Below, piece by piece: positions 11,772-25,600 of a DNA stretch of 64,000 bases. Origin of the DNA: Prorocentrum cordatum. Lineage: Eukaryota. The DNA lies in the NCBI GenBank assembly GCA_963575745.1, contig CAUYUJ010000037.1, positions 558,001-622,000 on the forward strand, given 5' to 3'. Each line of letters starts with the position of its first letter. Within the stretch, counting starts at the first letter, position 1. Below the pieces are notes generated by a model. It saw nothing but the letters and a program-made list of their open reading frames with translations. It was not told the origin of the DNA and ran no database searches. The translations under genes were made by a program, and so were the position numbers.

Positions 11772-12720
11772 GGGGACACCATCATTATCGAAATCAGCAT
11801 CATCATCGGGCCATCATCATCAAAATCAGCATCATCACCTCATCATCATCCTCATCATCAACATCATCATCCGGAGACTATCACCGTCATCATCATCGTC
11901 ATCATCGGGATACCATCATCATCACCATCATTACCAACAGCATCATCATCAACCTCATCATCATCGGGAAACCAGCATCATCATCAACGTCTCAGCATCA
12001 TCTCATCATCATCAACATTATGAGGGTCGTCAACACCATCATCATTATCGGGACACCCTAATCACCATCATCAGCAACATCATCACCAACATCATCATCA
12101 TCATCGGGACACCATCATCACCACCATCACCATCATCATCACCATCATCATCACCACCATCATCACCATCATCGAGACAGCATCATCATCACCACCATCA
12201 TCATCATCAACATCATAGACATCATCATTATTATCATCATCACCATCATCATCATCATCATCGTCGTCGGGACACCGACGGGACACCAGCGGGACACCGG
12301 CGGGACACCGGCGGGACACCGGCGGGGCACCGCGGGCCACCCGCCCTCGGAAAGGAATCACTTGGTCCGGCCGCGCCTCAGCCGGAGAAGAAGACTTTCT
12401 TCTCGCCCGCCCACGCAGCTTCGCCTCGCCCGCACGCACGGCACGCACGAACACGAAGCCGAAACCGATTTCCCGGTAGGGGGGCTCTCCGTTCCACTTC
12501 GATCTCTTTCCCTCACCTCCGATAGAGTTGCAGGGCTATAGGGCTATTGGGCTATTGGGCTATAGGGCTATAGGGCACCCCCTGGCACCCCCGGACACTC
12601 CCGGGCACGCCCGGGCACCCGGGCACCCGGGCACCCGGGCACCCGGGACCCCCGGGCACCCCCCGGGCCCCCGGGCACCCGGACACCCGGGCACCCCCGG
12701 ACACCCGGGCACCCGGGCGT
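10924..12720. repeat. Composite satellite block: (AGGGCTAT)n, (GATCTCACTATC)n, about 960 bp degenerate (CAT)n, (GGGACACCGGC)n, (AGGGCTAT)n, (CCCGGGCA)n
   Basis: Direct inspection. The His/Ile/Ser-rich ORFs here are translation artefacts of (CAT)n. Confidence 0.9.
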
Positions 12721-13029
12721 TCCGCGAAAATCGGCGGCAAACCTAACCTAACCATATGAATCCGCTAGGACCCCTACAGAGGCAAGCTCTGATTGGGGAG
12801 TATGTATATATATACACAAGAGCGTATAGGAATATGCTATATTCGCGTCATGCATAATATCTCTAGATCCCCCCTCTTCCTCTCTTGCTGTCTTTTGTGT
12901 GCTTGCGTATTAACCTTTCTCTCTCTTTCTCTACCTCCCCCTCTCTCTCCCTCTCTTTCTTTCTGCGCTCGTCCGCCCTTTCGTCTTTGTCACCCCTTTC
13001 GGAGCGGAAGGGGGAGGGGAAGATGAACC

Positions 13030-13190
13030 ATGAGGGAGGAGGAGGAGGAGGAGGAGGAGGAGGAGGGGAGGAGGAGGGGTAGGTGAAGGATGAGGAGGAG
13101 GAGGAGGGGAGGAGGAGGGGTAGGTGAAGGAGGAGGAGGAGGAGGAGGAAGGGGAGGACCATGAGGGAGGAGGGGGCAGGAGAGGACGGA
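13030..13190. repeat. (GGA)n microsatellite
   Basis: Direct inspection. Confidence 0.9.
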
Positions 13191-15235
13191 AGGCGCAGGA
13201 GGGCCTCCTACGCCTCCCCCTCCGCCTCCCTCTTGCTTTGGTTTCGGCAATCCCGATTACTTTCAGAACGTGGCCCGTGGTCGTCCAACTATTGGGGTAA
13301 TTGACTCGCCCGTAAGTTGCCCAACAGTCTCCAGTATTCCGCCGATGACCACTTCATCCCCAGATGAGTTCAGATACCCCTTAAGCATATGCCAGCTTGC
13401 TAATCCTCCCTTCTCCTTCTCCCTCGTTCCTTCTTCCTCTTCCTGCCTCCTCCTCCTCCTCTTCCTGAGCTCCCTGAGCGTGTCGTTCTTCTGACCCGGC
13501 ACTGGAGTGCGAGCGTGAGGTGAGGAATAAATCCCGTCTCAAATGCAACCGCTTGCTGTTGAGGTTGCGGTTGCTTGTAGGTCAGAGCCCATCGAAAGCC
13601 GACGGGCTGGCATCCCCCAAAAACGGGGGAACTGGCTGTCGCGGACCGCTGGCGGTCCCTAGTCGAAGCACGGGGTGTAAAGATAATTGCGCTTCCTGCC
13701 CGTTTTCGGGCTCCGGGGCAAGGCCTTGCTAGGCCGTGTCTAACGCCATTCAGCCATGCACGACAACACAAATGTCCGAGTGGCAGTAGACGCCGCAACA
13801 AGGGAGGGATACAGTTTCCCCCAGTTTCGTATCATCCAGAATCTGCGTTGTTACGGTTTCCGCCCTCGTGTTCTCGAGGGGGGGGTATGATTTGTCCGCC
13901 CGCTCTGGGTGTCACGGAATACCCCCGAGGCGCGGGTAGCAGCCGGCAGCGGGAGACAGCACATGCGAGGCTAATAATCCCATTAAGTGGGATAGCAGAT
14001 TCGAGCGTCTGCCTGCTCCTACGGTAGGCTAGGGGGACAATTTCGTTAGCAGACGGTTGCCCCGCCCTGCTGTCATATATCAGTGCATGATACACATACT
14101 CGAGCCCTGCAAGAAAAAAACATATCAATCAGGGATGCTCGCAGCGCGATGGACTTGCATGCGTTGGCACCAGGCAGGCAGGCCCGGTGCACCTGATGCG
14201 GGTGCCCGTCATGCTGGGGATTGATCCCCTCCAGGTGCACCCTCCATGCTTTGGCATGGCACGCCCCTGCGAACACACACGCCTCAATTCAGCGGCAGGG
14301 ACGCGCGCGGACCCATTTGGGGCCCATCCGCTCCCCTGAGGGGAACAGCTGGGCAGTGGACGGCCCAAGGCTCATCATAATGCGGACCACTGCCGCGGCA
14401 AGTTCGCTTCCCCGACCTGGGATGCCACCCTGTAGGAGCCCTGATTCGACAGGATCGCACGTGGGCATGGGTGAGAAGGTGGCGGCGGCCAGCGAATGCG
14501 ATCGCGAGGTGGAGTATCGATCGGTGCTCCCCACCAGGCACCTTAGTATCGTCGCTGTCCGCCGACCCCCACTTTAGGCCGCGCGGCAGGTCTTTCACAT
14601 CGGTCAGGTGAGTTAGCCTGATCCGCGGCCTAAGGTTACATCCGAGACGATCCTCCTCCTCTTCCTCCCTCCTCGTTCCTCCCTCCTCCTCCTCTTCTCC
14701 TCCTCCTCTTCCTCCTCCTCCTCCTCCTTCATCCTTCCTCCGTACTCCCTCCTCGACCTCCCAATCCTCCCTCCGCGCGCCCTCCTGCCTCCTCGACGCC
14801 ACAATGCAGGGTGGGCCCCTCCTCGCCCCTGGGGCCAGCTGGCGGGCACTGCCGTCACGGGTGTGCGCGGGGTGCGCAGCCGAGGTGCTTCGAGGCGCCC
14901 TGCACCGACACCGGCAAGGCCCCGGGGACTGGCCGAGATCAACCGGGCTCGGCTTGACGTAAGAGTGACCTTTCGCCGCCGGGGCCTTTCGTGCGGGCAC
15001 ACTGGGGCCCAGAGATGGCCGAATGCGATGCAGCAGCAGCGGCTTGCGCGCGAGCCCGCCTCCCCGCGTCCCCCGGAAGTCGCGCGCAAAAGGTTGCTCT
15101 TGCCCGGCGCCGCTCTTACGTGTAGCCTAAGCTGGCGAGAAGCGAGCTGGCGAGAAGGGGCTCGCAGGCAGCGTTCTTGCCGGCGTGCCCGTGGCCCGCC
15201 CCTCCGGCCGCGCGCGGCCACCCGACCCCCGGACT

Positions 15236-15465
15236 CGCTGATGCGAATGCTGGTGGCGGTGATGCTGAGGGTGGTGGCGGTGAGGGTGCTGGCGGTGGCG
15301 GGGATGTCTGCGACGATACGGATGGTGGCGGTGCTGGTGAGGATGCAGATGCCGATGCCGAGGATCTTGATGCTGATGTTGATGCTGATGGCGATGCTGA
15401 TGTCGATGCTGCAGATGTAGATGTCGATGCTGTAGATGCTGATGCTGATGAACTTGTTGATGCCG
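15236..15465. repeat. Degenerate (GAT/GCT/GGT)n low-complexity tract
   Basis: Direct inspection. Confidence 0.8.
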
Positions 15466-16477
15466 CCTGCGCACGGTCGGAGGGGCCCCTTCGCCGGACC
15501 CAGATCTCCGGGGAGGTGACTGTTCTCAACGGGCGTGCTGTTCTCGATTTGGGCCCGTTGTCGGGCCCCGGGGCCATCAGAGATGGATCTGGGGCGAAAA
15601 AGTTGCCCCGGGGAAAGGGTCTGGACCTCCTTGGAGATCCGATGCCCGACCTTTTTTAAACGGCGTCCCCGGAAGTCTTGACCCGCTCCCAGAGGCCGGC
15701 TTCTCGTCCCGAATCATGTTTTCACGGCCCCAGGGCTTGGCGAGGGCCTCCAGAGGCCGACAAATTTCCGGCTTGATTTTTCCAGTGCGTGGAATCTCTG
15801 GGCTGGGGGCGCGCGTCGAGACAAACACATCGGCGGCGGAAAAACACGGGGTCGACTGGCCGACATTCGCGCGTAGGCTTCCCGCGTAGTGTCGCGCGCA
15901 ACTAAGCGCCCTCGTTTCCAATGTAGCGTGCCTTGCTGGCGGCCCGCGCACGCCACCGCGTGAGGCCGCCACGTCATCTCGCGCAAGACCCGTTTCTCTC
16001 CGTCGCTCTCATCGTCGGATGGCCAGGGAGTGGCCCTCTGTGCGGGCCCACAGGGGAAGCCCCCGGGTGCATGCTGCGCGGCGCGCCAGCAGTGGCCTGC
16101 GCGCATGGGCCCTCGGAGGCTCGGAGGTCCCGAGACCCGTGCGCCAGGCGTCGCTCCTGCCCAGTGGCGGCTCTGCTGGCGCGTGGCCAGGTCTCGGAGG
16201 ACGACGAGGTACCGATACCGCTACCATTTGCCCTCGCTTTCCCTTTTTGGGGCCTCATGAGAGGCCCTCGTCATCACCGCAGGGTTCGCTTGAACATTTT
16301 GTTCACAACGCACCCCGTGAGAGGTCCAGGGAGTAGTGGTATGGGTACCTTTTGGTTTCCCCAGGGTCGCCCCCTCACCCGCGCTCCGCATGTAGGGGGA
16401 GTTTCGGGTTCGAGGCTCGAGGCTTCGGGGGCGTGTTCGTCGGTGCTCGGTGAATCTTTCCAGCCTCGGGCTGCGTT

Positions 16478-16582
16478 TTGTATAGTCTGATTGGTTGTAG
16501 ACTGCAGGTTAAGTGGGAGGGGGTGTGGGCTCAGGTAGCCATTTTGGGTCCGTAGCGTTCGGCTCTGGCCGACGCGCGGGTG
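16478..16582 (+). repeat. Split direct repeat A1 (105 bp)
   Basis: Identical by eye to 31737-31841. Confidence 0.95.
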
Positions 16583-16655
16583 TTCCAGGGGGCCGCGGGG
16601 CGGCCATAACCACAGCCGTGCTAGTCCGCGGACTAGGTAGCGCGCCTGTGGTGCC

Positions 16656-19600
16656 ATGGCTGTGGGCTTCCTGGGGGCGCACCTGATGATCTTGGTTACG
16701 GGCGGCGCTCTTACGGTCCAAGGGGCACTTGGCTGGCTGCCGTTCGGGCGCGGGGGACATGAGGTCCCAGCGCCGACGCCGCCAGCCCTGCCCGGGCCGA
16801 CAGCGCCGCCGGCAGGCGGTGGGGGGCGAGGCAAGGGGCGAGGACCGCCCGCCAAGCCCGCGCCTGCAGGGGGAAAGGGGCGAGGGCCGCAGGCCAAGCC
16901 CCCGGGGACGCCGGGCGTCCCACCGCCGCCGCGGTCAGGGTCGACCACAACGACCACGACCGCGGGCATCGGGCGCGTAGGCGAGGGCGAGCCCACAGGC
17001 AGCCCAGCTACGCCGGCATACGGAGGTAACAACGAGCCCACGGGCGCGCCTGGGCAGCCGTCCGCCCCGGGAAACCGGACGGGCGATGGTGAGCCTGACC
17101 TGCCGCGTGGGCCGGACGGGTATTGGGGGTGGAGTGGTTGGGTCCCGCACCTGCCCCATTGGTGGGCTGGCCGGAGCGAACCCCCACCGCCGCCGCCGCC
17201 ACCTACACCGCCCCCGGAGGCAGGGCCGGGTCCCGGTTGGGGCTTCGCAGCCTGGGTCTTCGAGGTCGCGGGCTATGGAGCGTGGGTAAGCTCCCCCGAC
17301 CACCCGGGCACGATCCGCACGAGTGGCGGATGGTTTGGATCCGCCGTCGACCGCCTGGGCGTCAAGATGCTTGGGTATTGGTGGGAGACCGCGGTCTTAT
17401 GCTTTGCCCTAGGCATCTTCACGTTCGTGTTGGGTGCCCTGGCCTTCATCGTCAACACCGCAGCCCAGCCTATGCTGTGGGCTGCCGGGGGACTCCGCTG
17501 GGCGTGGTACCAGATTACCCGGTGCTGCCAGCGACGCGGAGGGGATGGGCCTGGCGCCCATCTTCCCCCACCCCCTCCGACCCCCTTGCTGGTGCGCTGG
17601 CGCGGGCCGGGCTTGGGCGGCGTGGTGGAGACAGAGTTCTACACAAAGGGGGTCCGCGGCCGAGGGACCAATCGGGCGTACAACCACGTGCTGCTGCGTA
17701 AGCACGGGCAGGTGGCCCGCATCAGCTGCAACTTCGCGGACCGGTACCGATTGGACCGCCACGGGCTCAACATCAAGATCGGGCAGGTCCTGGGGTGCAC
17801 CAGTCGCAAGTGGCGGCTGAACCTCGAGGAGACAGGGAATGTGCATCTATGTCGTGCTGTCGAGTGCGCCTCCTGTCCAGTGGCGCATCCCATGCACGTC
17901 GACCAGTACGCGGCCATTGACCACACACAGATCGTGGACTTGGCTGAGCACGGAAGGGCCACGGCCTGCCGAGCAGTCGGCGTGGGACTCCGGAAGGTAT
18001 TCGGGGTCGTCAAGTGGCTGCTTTGCTCACCCTGGTCGGTACTCGGATGGCTGTGCCGGGGCCGGCCGGAGCCCCGCTACATCACCGACGCCACGGGCTA
18101 TCGCCGCCTGGACATCGACTCGGAGAGCGAGGTGGAGGCGGAGGAGCGCCCCTGCCAAGCCGCACAAGTTGGGGTGCAGCTCGCGGGTGGCGCACGCCCC
18201 CTCCAGCCGGAGGGGTGCGGCGACCGAGGGATGCAGGAGGCCACTGTCCTGCTACAGGAGGACGCGGAGGTGTCGGACGTTCCTCGGCCTGGGCATTGTC
18301 TCAATGCACAGGTGCACCTCTGCGCCCACCATGCGCAGAAGTACCGGTCTACCCTGATCGGCCGCAAGTGCAGCCTCCCCACTTGTCTCCGCATGGCGAA
18401 GGGTAGCTGCGGGGGGGGCCCGATGTGCGGGGAACATCTCCGACGGGACGAGGGTCACACCGTGCGCGTCGAGGCGACGGTCCAACCTGGGATCCTCGGG
18501 GGCCTGCGCCGCCGCATGCGGGCGCGGGCTCCAAGCCCCGCCAGGGTGCGCGATTGGACCGCGCACGCTGCCGATGGGGTTGGCATTGCGGCCGAGCCGG
18601 TCTACCCCCCGCCTCTACCTCCCCCCGCTGCACCGCCACCGCCCGCCGTGGCCCCATCTGTCGATGTGGAGCCCACGGGGGCGCAGGCCCTAACCTCGGG
18701 GCCGCAGCCGCGTCGCACACGCTCCGCGGAAGCTAGGGCCAGCGGACGCTCACGGTCTGCCGACCGCGGGGCCCCGGGCGATCGGATCGCCCACCACGGG
18801 TGGCTTCAGGAGCCCCTACTCGTGAAGGTCTGCCCGATACTCCCGGGCGACCCTCGGGGAGCCGAGGAGGCGCACGGCGCGCCCCCGGCGAGTCCTTGGT
18901 TTATTCTATTGGGAGAATGCGAGGGGCTCGACGCACGGGGCACTGGCGGGGACGCCAGACTTATCATCGGGACTAGCCTCGAGGGCGTCAGGGTGGAGGT
19001 CCCAGCCAGCGAGGTCGTACGGCACCCCCCTCCGCTGGAGGACGGGCGCTACCCGATAGATTGGATCAATCGGCTGCTGTACGAGGTCCCCCAAGGGGCT
19101 CGGGAAGTGGGGTTGCGTGTCATCGCCCACCACATCCCGCAGGATCTGCTGGCGATGTTACGCCAGGAGCAGTGGGGCGGTGTGGACGTGGAAAGCGCGA
19201 GCGGCTGGAGGCGGCGCTACCTGACGAACACGGAGCGCCAGCAGCTGCAGCACGACCCTGTACGCACACTCGGCCACCATCGGCGGGGTGGCGCGCAGGG
19301 GGCGCCGCCTGCGCCCGGGATGGAGGGCTTGCCCCGCCCCGCCCCCGTGGCGGCACTGTCGCGCTTAGCGGCGGCCGCCGCCGGCGTGAGCGAGGACGCC
19401 GAGGAGCCCGACCCGCTCGAAATGTTCATGGACTCCTTGCGAGCCGAGGATCTCAAAGGACGGGGGGGCCAAGCGGCGGCTCTCAGTGCATTAGGTATGG
19501 CCGCGGACCTGCTCGGGGTTCCGCTTGATCAGGCGGAGCGGCAGCTGCGGCGGAGGGTCGCACAGGTGGCAGCGGCGGGCCCACTGGGGTCCGACCTAGA

Positions 19601-22600
19601 GCGCGCCCTCGCGGATCTGGAGGATGCGCAGCTGGAAGCGCGCGCGCGGGAGCGTGCTGCGGCCGCCGACAAGGTTCCCCTGCAGGGGAGCCTCTCACGT
19701 GAGGGGTCGCGGAGTCGCTCGGCGCGGGGACGGGATCCCAGCCCGAAGCAGGGACCCCGACGCGAGCTCTTCGGTGCCATGCCCCCCATCCAACCCACGG
19801 GCCCACGACGGGGCTTGCTGGGTGATCGGGACCTGCTGGCACGCGATGGACGCGGGGGGGCCGCCCGTGGGGCCAATCCGCTCCTCGACGGGGCCTCGGT
19901 CCTTGGCCACCTCACTGGCCAGACGCCCCACGGGGGCGGCCTGGGTGGGGAGCGAGCTGGGGGTCCAGACGACGCCGGGGCGGCGGGCGCCCTGGGCGGG
20001 CTTGCAGTCGAGGCCGAAGCCCAGATTATCGAGCGCCTGGATCGCCAGAACCGCCTCACTGAACGCCACGTCCTCGCCGCCGAGCGGCAGGCGCGGGCCA
20101 CCGAGGGCGACAAGAAGGCCCGGGGCACCAGGGCAGGGATCGGTCGGGACGAGGAACTCGATCTTTACATAGCCCGGGGATGCAACACCTTCGTGGTTGA
20201 GGCCTGCGAGGGTATCACGGGGAAGGACTTGTTCGACTCACTCAAGCGCATGTGTGCGCACTCCAAGAGCACGCTCAAGACGATCGGGTTTCCCTGCCTG
20301 GTTACCAACCGTGTGGCACACGGCTACGCGGCGCTCGCCTTCGGGACGGGCCCTCACGACCTGGCGGTGGACGACTGCGTCCCCGCGCGCGACGAGGACT
20401 TCGATGGCTATCGGCTTCCTGTGGACGACAAGCTGGAGCCCCGCCAACGGCCCGCCACCCACATGGCGACCTGGTTCAAGAGGGCCCGGTGCGAGATCCA
20501 GATGTTCGAGTCCATCATAGGGGTCGCACACGGGGCGGAGCGTCGGCGGTCGTTGGGGTTCTTGGAGGCGGCCTTCGAGAGGGACCCATCGGAGTTCCCA
20601 GACCATTGGGTCAAGGATCTGTGGGAAGAGCTCCGAAGCACCTGGGTCGAGGAATTGCGGGAGCTGAGGCGCCGACTCTGTCGAGAGCTCGACACCGAGA
20701 ACCCGAGGAGGGAGGACATCAAGTATATCCTACTCATGCCGGAGAACGGCTACGATTTGCCCCGAACGTTCGACCTCGGGGACCCGAACGCCTACTACCA
20801 GCAGGTGGTCGTGCCCCGGCGCAAGGCCGCACTCACGCGCCTCCTCAATGGGCAGCTGAACGCCCACCTCACGAAGCGACCGCCCAAAGCGGGAGGGAGC
20901 GAGGAAATGGGCGATCCCCGGCCCACGGCGCAGGGGGATGACAGGCCCAAGGCGGGGGCTGGGCCCCAGCCGAAGGCGGGGCCCAAGGCGGGCACCGGGG
21001 CCCCAGCGGGGACAGCCCCCAAGAGGGCGTACCCAGCGGGCAAGGAACTAACACGCCCGGAGCGGACGCGATCCGTGGCGCATGCGCCCCGCAATAAGGA
21101 CAACGTCCCTATCTGCTGGGGGGCCACCACGCACATGGGCTGCTCGCGGAAGGCTTGCGATTGCCCTAACTCCCATGACCCCATCAAGTCAACGCGCGGA
21201 TTGGACTACTCGGTAGTCATGCAGCTCACGAGGCGCGGGGGGCTCCTTGGGACGCCCCGGATCGATCCCAAGCAGGTGGATGGGATGATTGCGCAGCTGC
21301 GCTCGCAAGCCAAGGCAGCCGAGGCCGAGAAGGTTGGCGAGGACACTTCCCCACCTGCTCCCCCTGACTCCCAGAAGGAAAAGGGCCGGGGCCGTGGCGG
21401 CGGCTCGCGAGCAGCGGGCGACCCGGGCCCGGGGCAGGCCCCGGACGACTACACCGCGCTCCAGCTTACCGCGATGGAATCCGACCTCCGGGAAGCGGTT
21501 AAGGGCCCCGACTTCGGATGGCTCGAAGACCACGACCACCCGCGCGCGGCGGCCACTTGGGACGCCCAGCCCGCGGGTGATGGGCCGGAGCTTCGCCTCA
21601 AACTCATGCAGGAGCTCGAAGCCGAGGGCATCTTCGCACCTCTGAAGGGAGCCAGCGAGTACTTGCAGAGCCACGTGCGCGGGCGCGTCTTGGGGGCGCG
21701 CCTGCGCGGGGAGCGGCTTACTCTGGAGCGAGCCCTCGAGGAAGCCGTGGACCGAGGCCATCGGGGTCTCAGCAGCGAGGCAGCCGACCTGCATGAGGCG
21801 CTTAGCTGCGCCGCAGGATACGTCACCGAGGGCGGGGCCGAGGTTGGCCCGGTTGCGTGGGACCCCGGCGGGCTGATAGGCCGCGGGTCCTATACCTTCT
21901 GGGACGGGGACACCCGCATCCAGTGGGACTTCATCGACTATCGGGACCGCCTCGGCCCTACAGAGGAGATGGGCCAGGCGATGGGCCTGGAGGTGGGCGA
22001 CACCGAGGAGCGGCAGTGCCTGCTACTGCACGTAGCTGCGGGGGTGCTCCTGCTACGCGCGGGCGAGGGCACAGGTGAGCCCAGCCCGGACGCGGTGCAG
22101 CAGTTGGCCGCGACGTATCGCCATGCACTATGGGAGGAGGCCCACGAGGCCCTGCGTGCCCTGGGCGACTCCCCGCCGTGGATCACGGCCCTGGAGGCCG
22201 ATGTCCGCTCCTACGTCCACGATGCGGTGCACCCGCACCACGACAAGGACTATCGCTGCCTGGCAGCATGCCCTGTCGCCGACCTCGACGCCGTCACGCT
22301 CCAGGTGCACCGTGTCAACGGCAGTGGGCGCCTATGCGTGGACCACCTAATGGGAACGGGCGTCGGCGCGGAGGATCACGTAATTCCGCTCCTGATCTGG
22401 CGCGGCCATATGCGCGCCTTGCGCCCACGCTCCCACGCGGAGGCGGCGGCCCTAGGCCAGCGCTGGGGGCACGCAGGACGCCTGTCCCGCGAGATCGTAA
22501 GTGTCGGCTGGCGCGAGATGCTCGATGAAGGCCCGGACGTTGAACCCACCGTCCCGGGCAAGAGCGCGCCCTGCACCCACTGCAAGGCAGCGGAAGGTCG

Positions 22601-25600
22601 GGCGGGCCGCGCAGTGGGACGCGCGCCGGCCTCGTTCGGGGAACATCCAGCCGACGTCCAGGCACGCCTCCTGGAGGCGAACGCGATGCCACTTCGACAC
22701 GACCCCGCGTTCGCGTACGGTTTGATCGCCCAGGAGGTGTACGCCGGTTCGGGAAATTGGTCGGCCGCGCTTCGCGCCGAGGGCATCCGGGTGCTGGAAC
22801 CGATCGAATATTACGACGACCCCCTCCGAGAATCCGGCCCACGGCCGGATCATGACACCCTCGACCCAGCGGTCCGCGCGCGCCTACAGGAGGCCGCACG
22901 GACCCCCATGGGCCCCGACGTGGCCAACGTTTGGTGCTGGGGTACCCCGTGTGGCTCGTACACCGACCTCGGGCTCATGGCCCAGCCGGGCGGGACCCCG
23001 CAGGGCACCCGCACGTGGGAGCACCCCGAGGGGGATGGCTCCAAAGAGTTCGAGCGCGTGGGTAACAGCCACACACAGTTCACGTGCGACACCTGCCGCA
23101 TCCTACACGACGCTGGCAAGGAGTTTCTCATCGAGTCCTCCTGCCCCTCGGGCCGCTACCCCAAGATTTGGGACCAGGCCCCGATGCACGAGCTGCGTCG
23201 AGCGACGGGGGCCATGATCGTCCCGATCCACATGTGCGCCTGGGGTAAGGCCCCGTCCGACGCGCCAGAGAGCCGCTATCGCAAGGGCAGCTGGTGGCTC
23301 GTCAGCCCCCGGCTGTACCTGCACGCTCTGTTGTTGGCGCGACGTTGCCCCCGTGACCACCACCACGTCGAGCTGAAGGATCACGTGCCGGGCTCGGGCA
23401 TTAAGCGCACCAAGGAGGCGCAGGTTTGGGCCCCCCGCCTTTGCGCCGCGTGGGCAAAGGTGTTGAAAGGGGCCTATCACCGCTGGTCGGTGAGCCAACT
23501 GCGTCGGCAGTTGGCGCCTATATGGGAGGATGGCCCGGGGGCGTCCCCCAAAATCGCCCGGGCGGAGGCGCCCGGGCGCCTGCAGGGCGTCGACTTCACT
23601 GGAATCGAGCGCCTGCAGGCCTCAGGGGACGGCTCAAAATGCGGTAGGCTTAGCCCAGCCATGCACCGAGCATTGGCGGGGCTTCCTAAGCCCCCATTGG
23701 GCAAGGCACAGGGGGAGGTGAGTGCGGGCAAGACTCGACCCCCTTGCGAGGATCCGGCCAGAGATATCGCGGAGGACCTCGACGGGTGCAGCCCGGCGGA
23801 GCTGGCCACGGTCTACCTGACCTTCTGCACGGAGCACCCTGAGTATGACCCCGAAGCCATGCGGACCCTGGTAGGGCTGGGGGATCAGCTCCTCCAGCGG
23901 ACGGGGTCCCTGAAGGAAGCGGCCGCGCTGCTTAGGCGCGCGCGCCACGAGCGCCTAGGCAACCCCCTTCGGGGCGTCCTGGGGGACAAGGTGCGACGGT
24001 GTTTAAGCCGAGAGCACTTCGAGTACGTCCGGGAGCTAGCGGAAGGGGGAGCCTCCGCGCGGCGGGGCGCGCCGCGGAGGCGCGAGCGAGCCCAACCGTA
24101 CCCCAGCGTGCGAGCCCACATCGACGAGGCCTACCAGAAGGTATGGGCGGATGTGACCTGGGGGATCGTCCTGGTGGCGTCCCAGGCGGCAGAGGGTTTT
24201 CTGACGGAGCTGGTGGAAGCCCCGCTGGGGAGGGTACCGAAGCAGCTACCGGACAGAACCTTATCGTCCGAAGGGCGTATGATCCATGCGATGCTCTCGG
24301 CCAACGCCGCCACACACAAGCGCGACCACCCGCCTGCCGTCCAGCCACGCCATCGGCAAGTGGCGAGGACGGCGGTATGGCATCGCGCGCGCCACCCCGG
24401 AGCGCGCCTCCTCTGCGCCAAGCGGGACGTCTCGCGGGCCTTCAAGTGGTTGGACATCGCCCCGGCGGACGTCGGGGACTTTGGCACCTCGTTACCGGGG
24501 GCCCACGCTGGCATCGAGGGGGACGTCAGGGTCGTTTACCTAGCCATGGTGTTTGGGTGGACGGGAGCCCCAGGCAATTACATGATGCTCGCCCTGGCGG
24601 CGAGGGAGCTCCACGAGAGCTATCGGCCTGGGGAGCCGCACTGGCACGACACCACCCACTTCCACTCGGAGTGGCTCATGGATGACCCTGTGGTGGTGGA
24701 GCCCGACATTGGGGTCCGACCGTGGATGGCCTGCGACGCGTTGGATGCCTCCATACGTGAGGTGTTTGGGTCCGAAGCAGTGAACGTCAGCAAGAGGGAC
24801 GCCGAGGGGGAGCCTTCCACCACGCAGATTATCTGGGGGCTCAGTATGGACTTCGAGCGCGAGCGAGTTGGACTCCCGGAGCCCAAGGCCATGAAGATGC
24901 GCTTCCTATTGGCGGAGCCGGAGCTGAGCTTCGGCTGCCGCATGGTCCGGCTGCGAACCGCGAGGGAGCTAAGTGGGCTCGGCCAGTTCTGCGCCTGCGC
25001 AGCTCCAGCCCTGAGCCTGGAGCTCCCAGCGGTCCACCGAATGCTGTCGGGTGACCCAGGTCAGGCCTACGTCCATCCGCCGGGCGACCCCGAGATGGTA
25101 GAGGCTGCGTGGGACGATTGGCACCAGACCTTGGATTGGCTGCGCGTCTGCTTTGAGATGCCGGTCGAGGGTAACTTCGAGACCTCCTTCGAGGGCCTGC
25201 TAGGCCTTCGCGAGGCCCTCGCACTCCCGGGGGCGCTCGGCAAGCTGCGCTGGCTGGGAGGCGATGCCACCCTGGATCGGATCGGTGCGCTGGACTGGTC
25301 CTCGCGCGAGTACATCGTGGCGGAGGCGGCTCCCTATCTGGAGACGCTCCGCTCCGCCCCTGGGGTCACTTGGCAGGGGGGGGGGGAGATCATCGCGGTG
25401 GTCGAACTCCTCTGTCTGATAGCCTTGGCGGCCGAGAAGGGCCCGGACTGGTTCCAGCTGCTATTGCCGTACGTCACTGACAACAGCAATGTCAGCCGCT
25501 GGCTGCGACGCCGCCGGGCGCGGAACGCGGTGGCGCGCCACCTGCTTCGAGTCCTGGCCATGCTGGAGCTACGGTACAAGTTCCGGGTCCTGGACGGGCT

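Noticed and set aside
11016..12525. His/Ile/Ser-rich ORFs
   Set aside because: Translations of the (CAT)n microsatellite in all frames.
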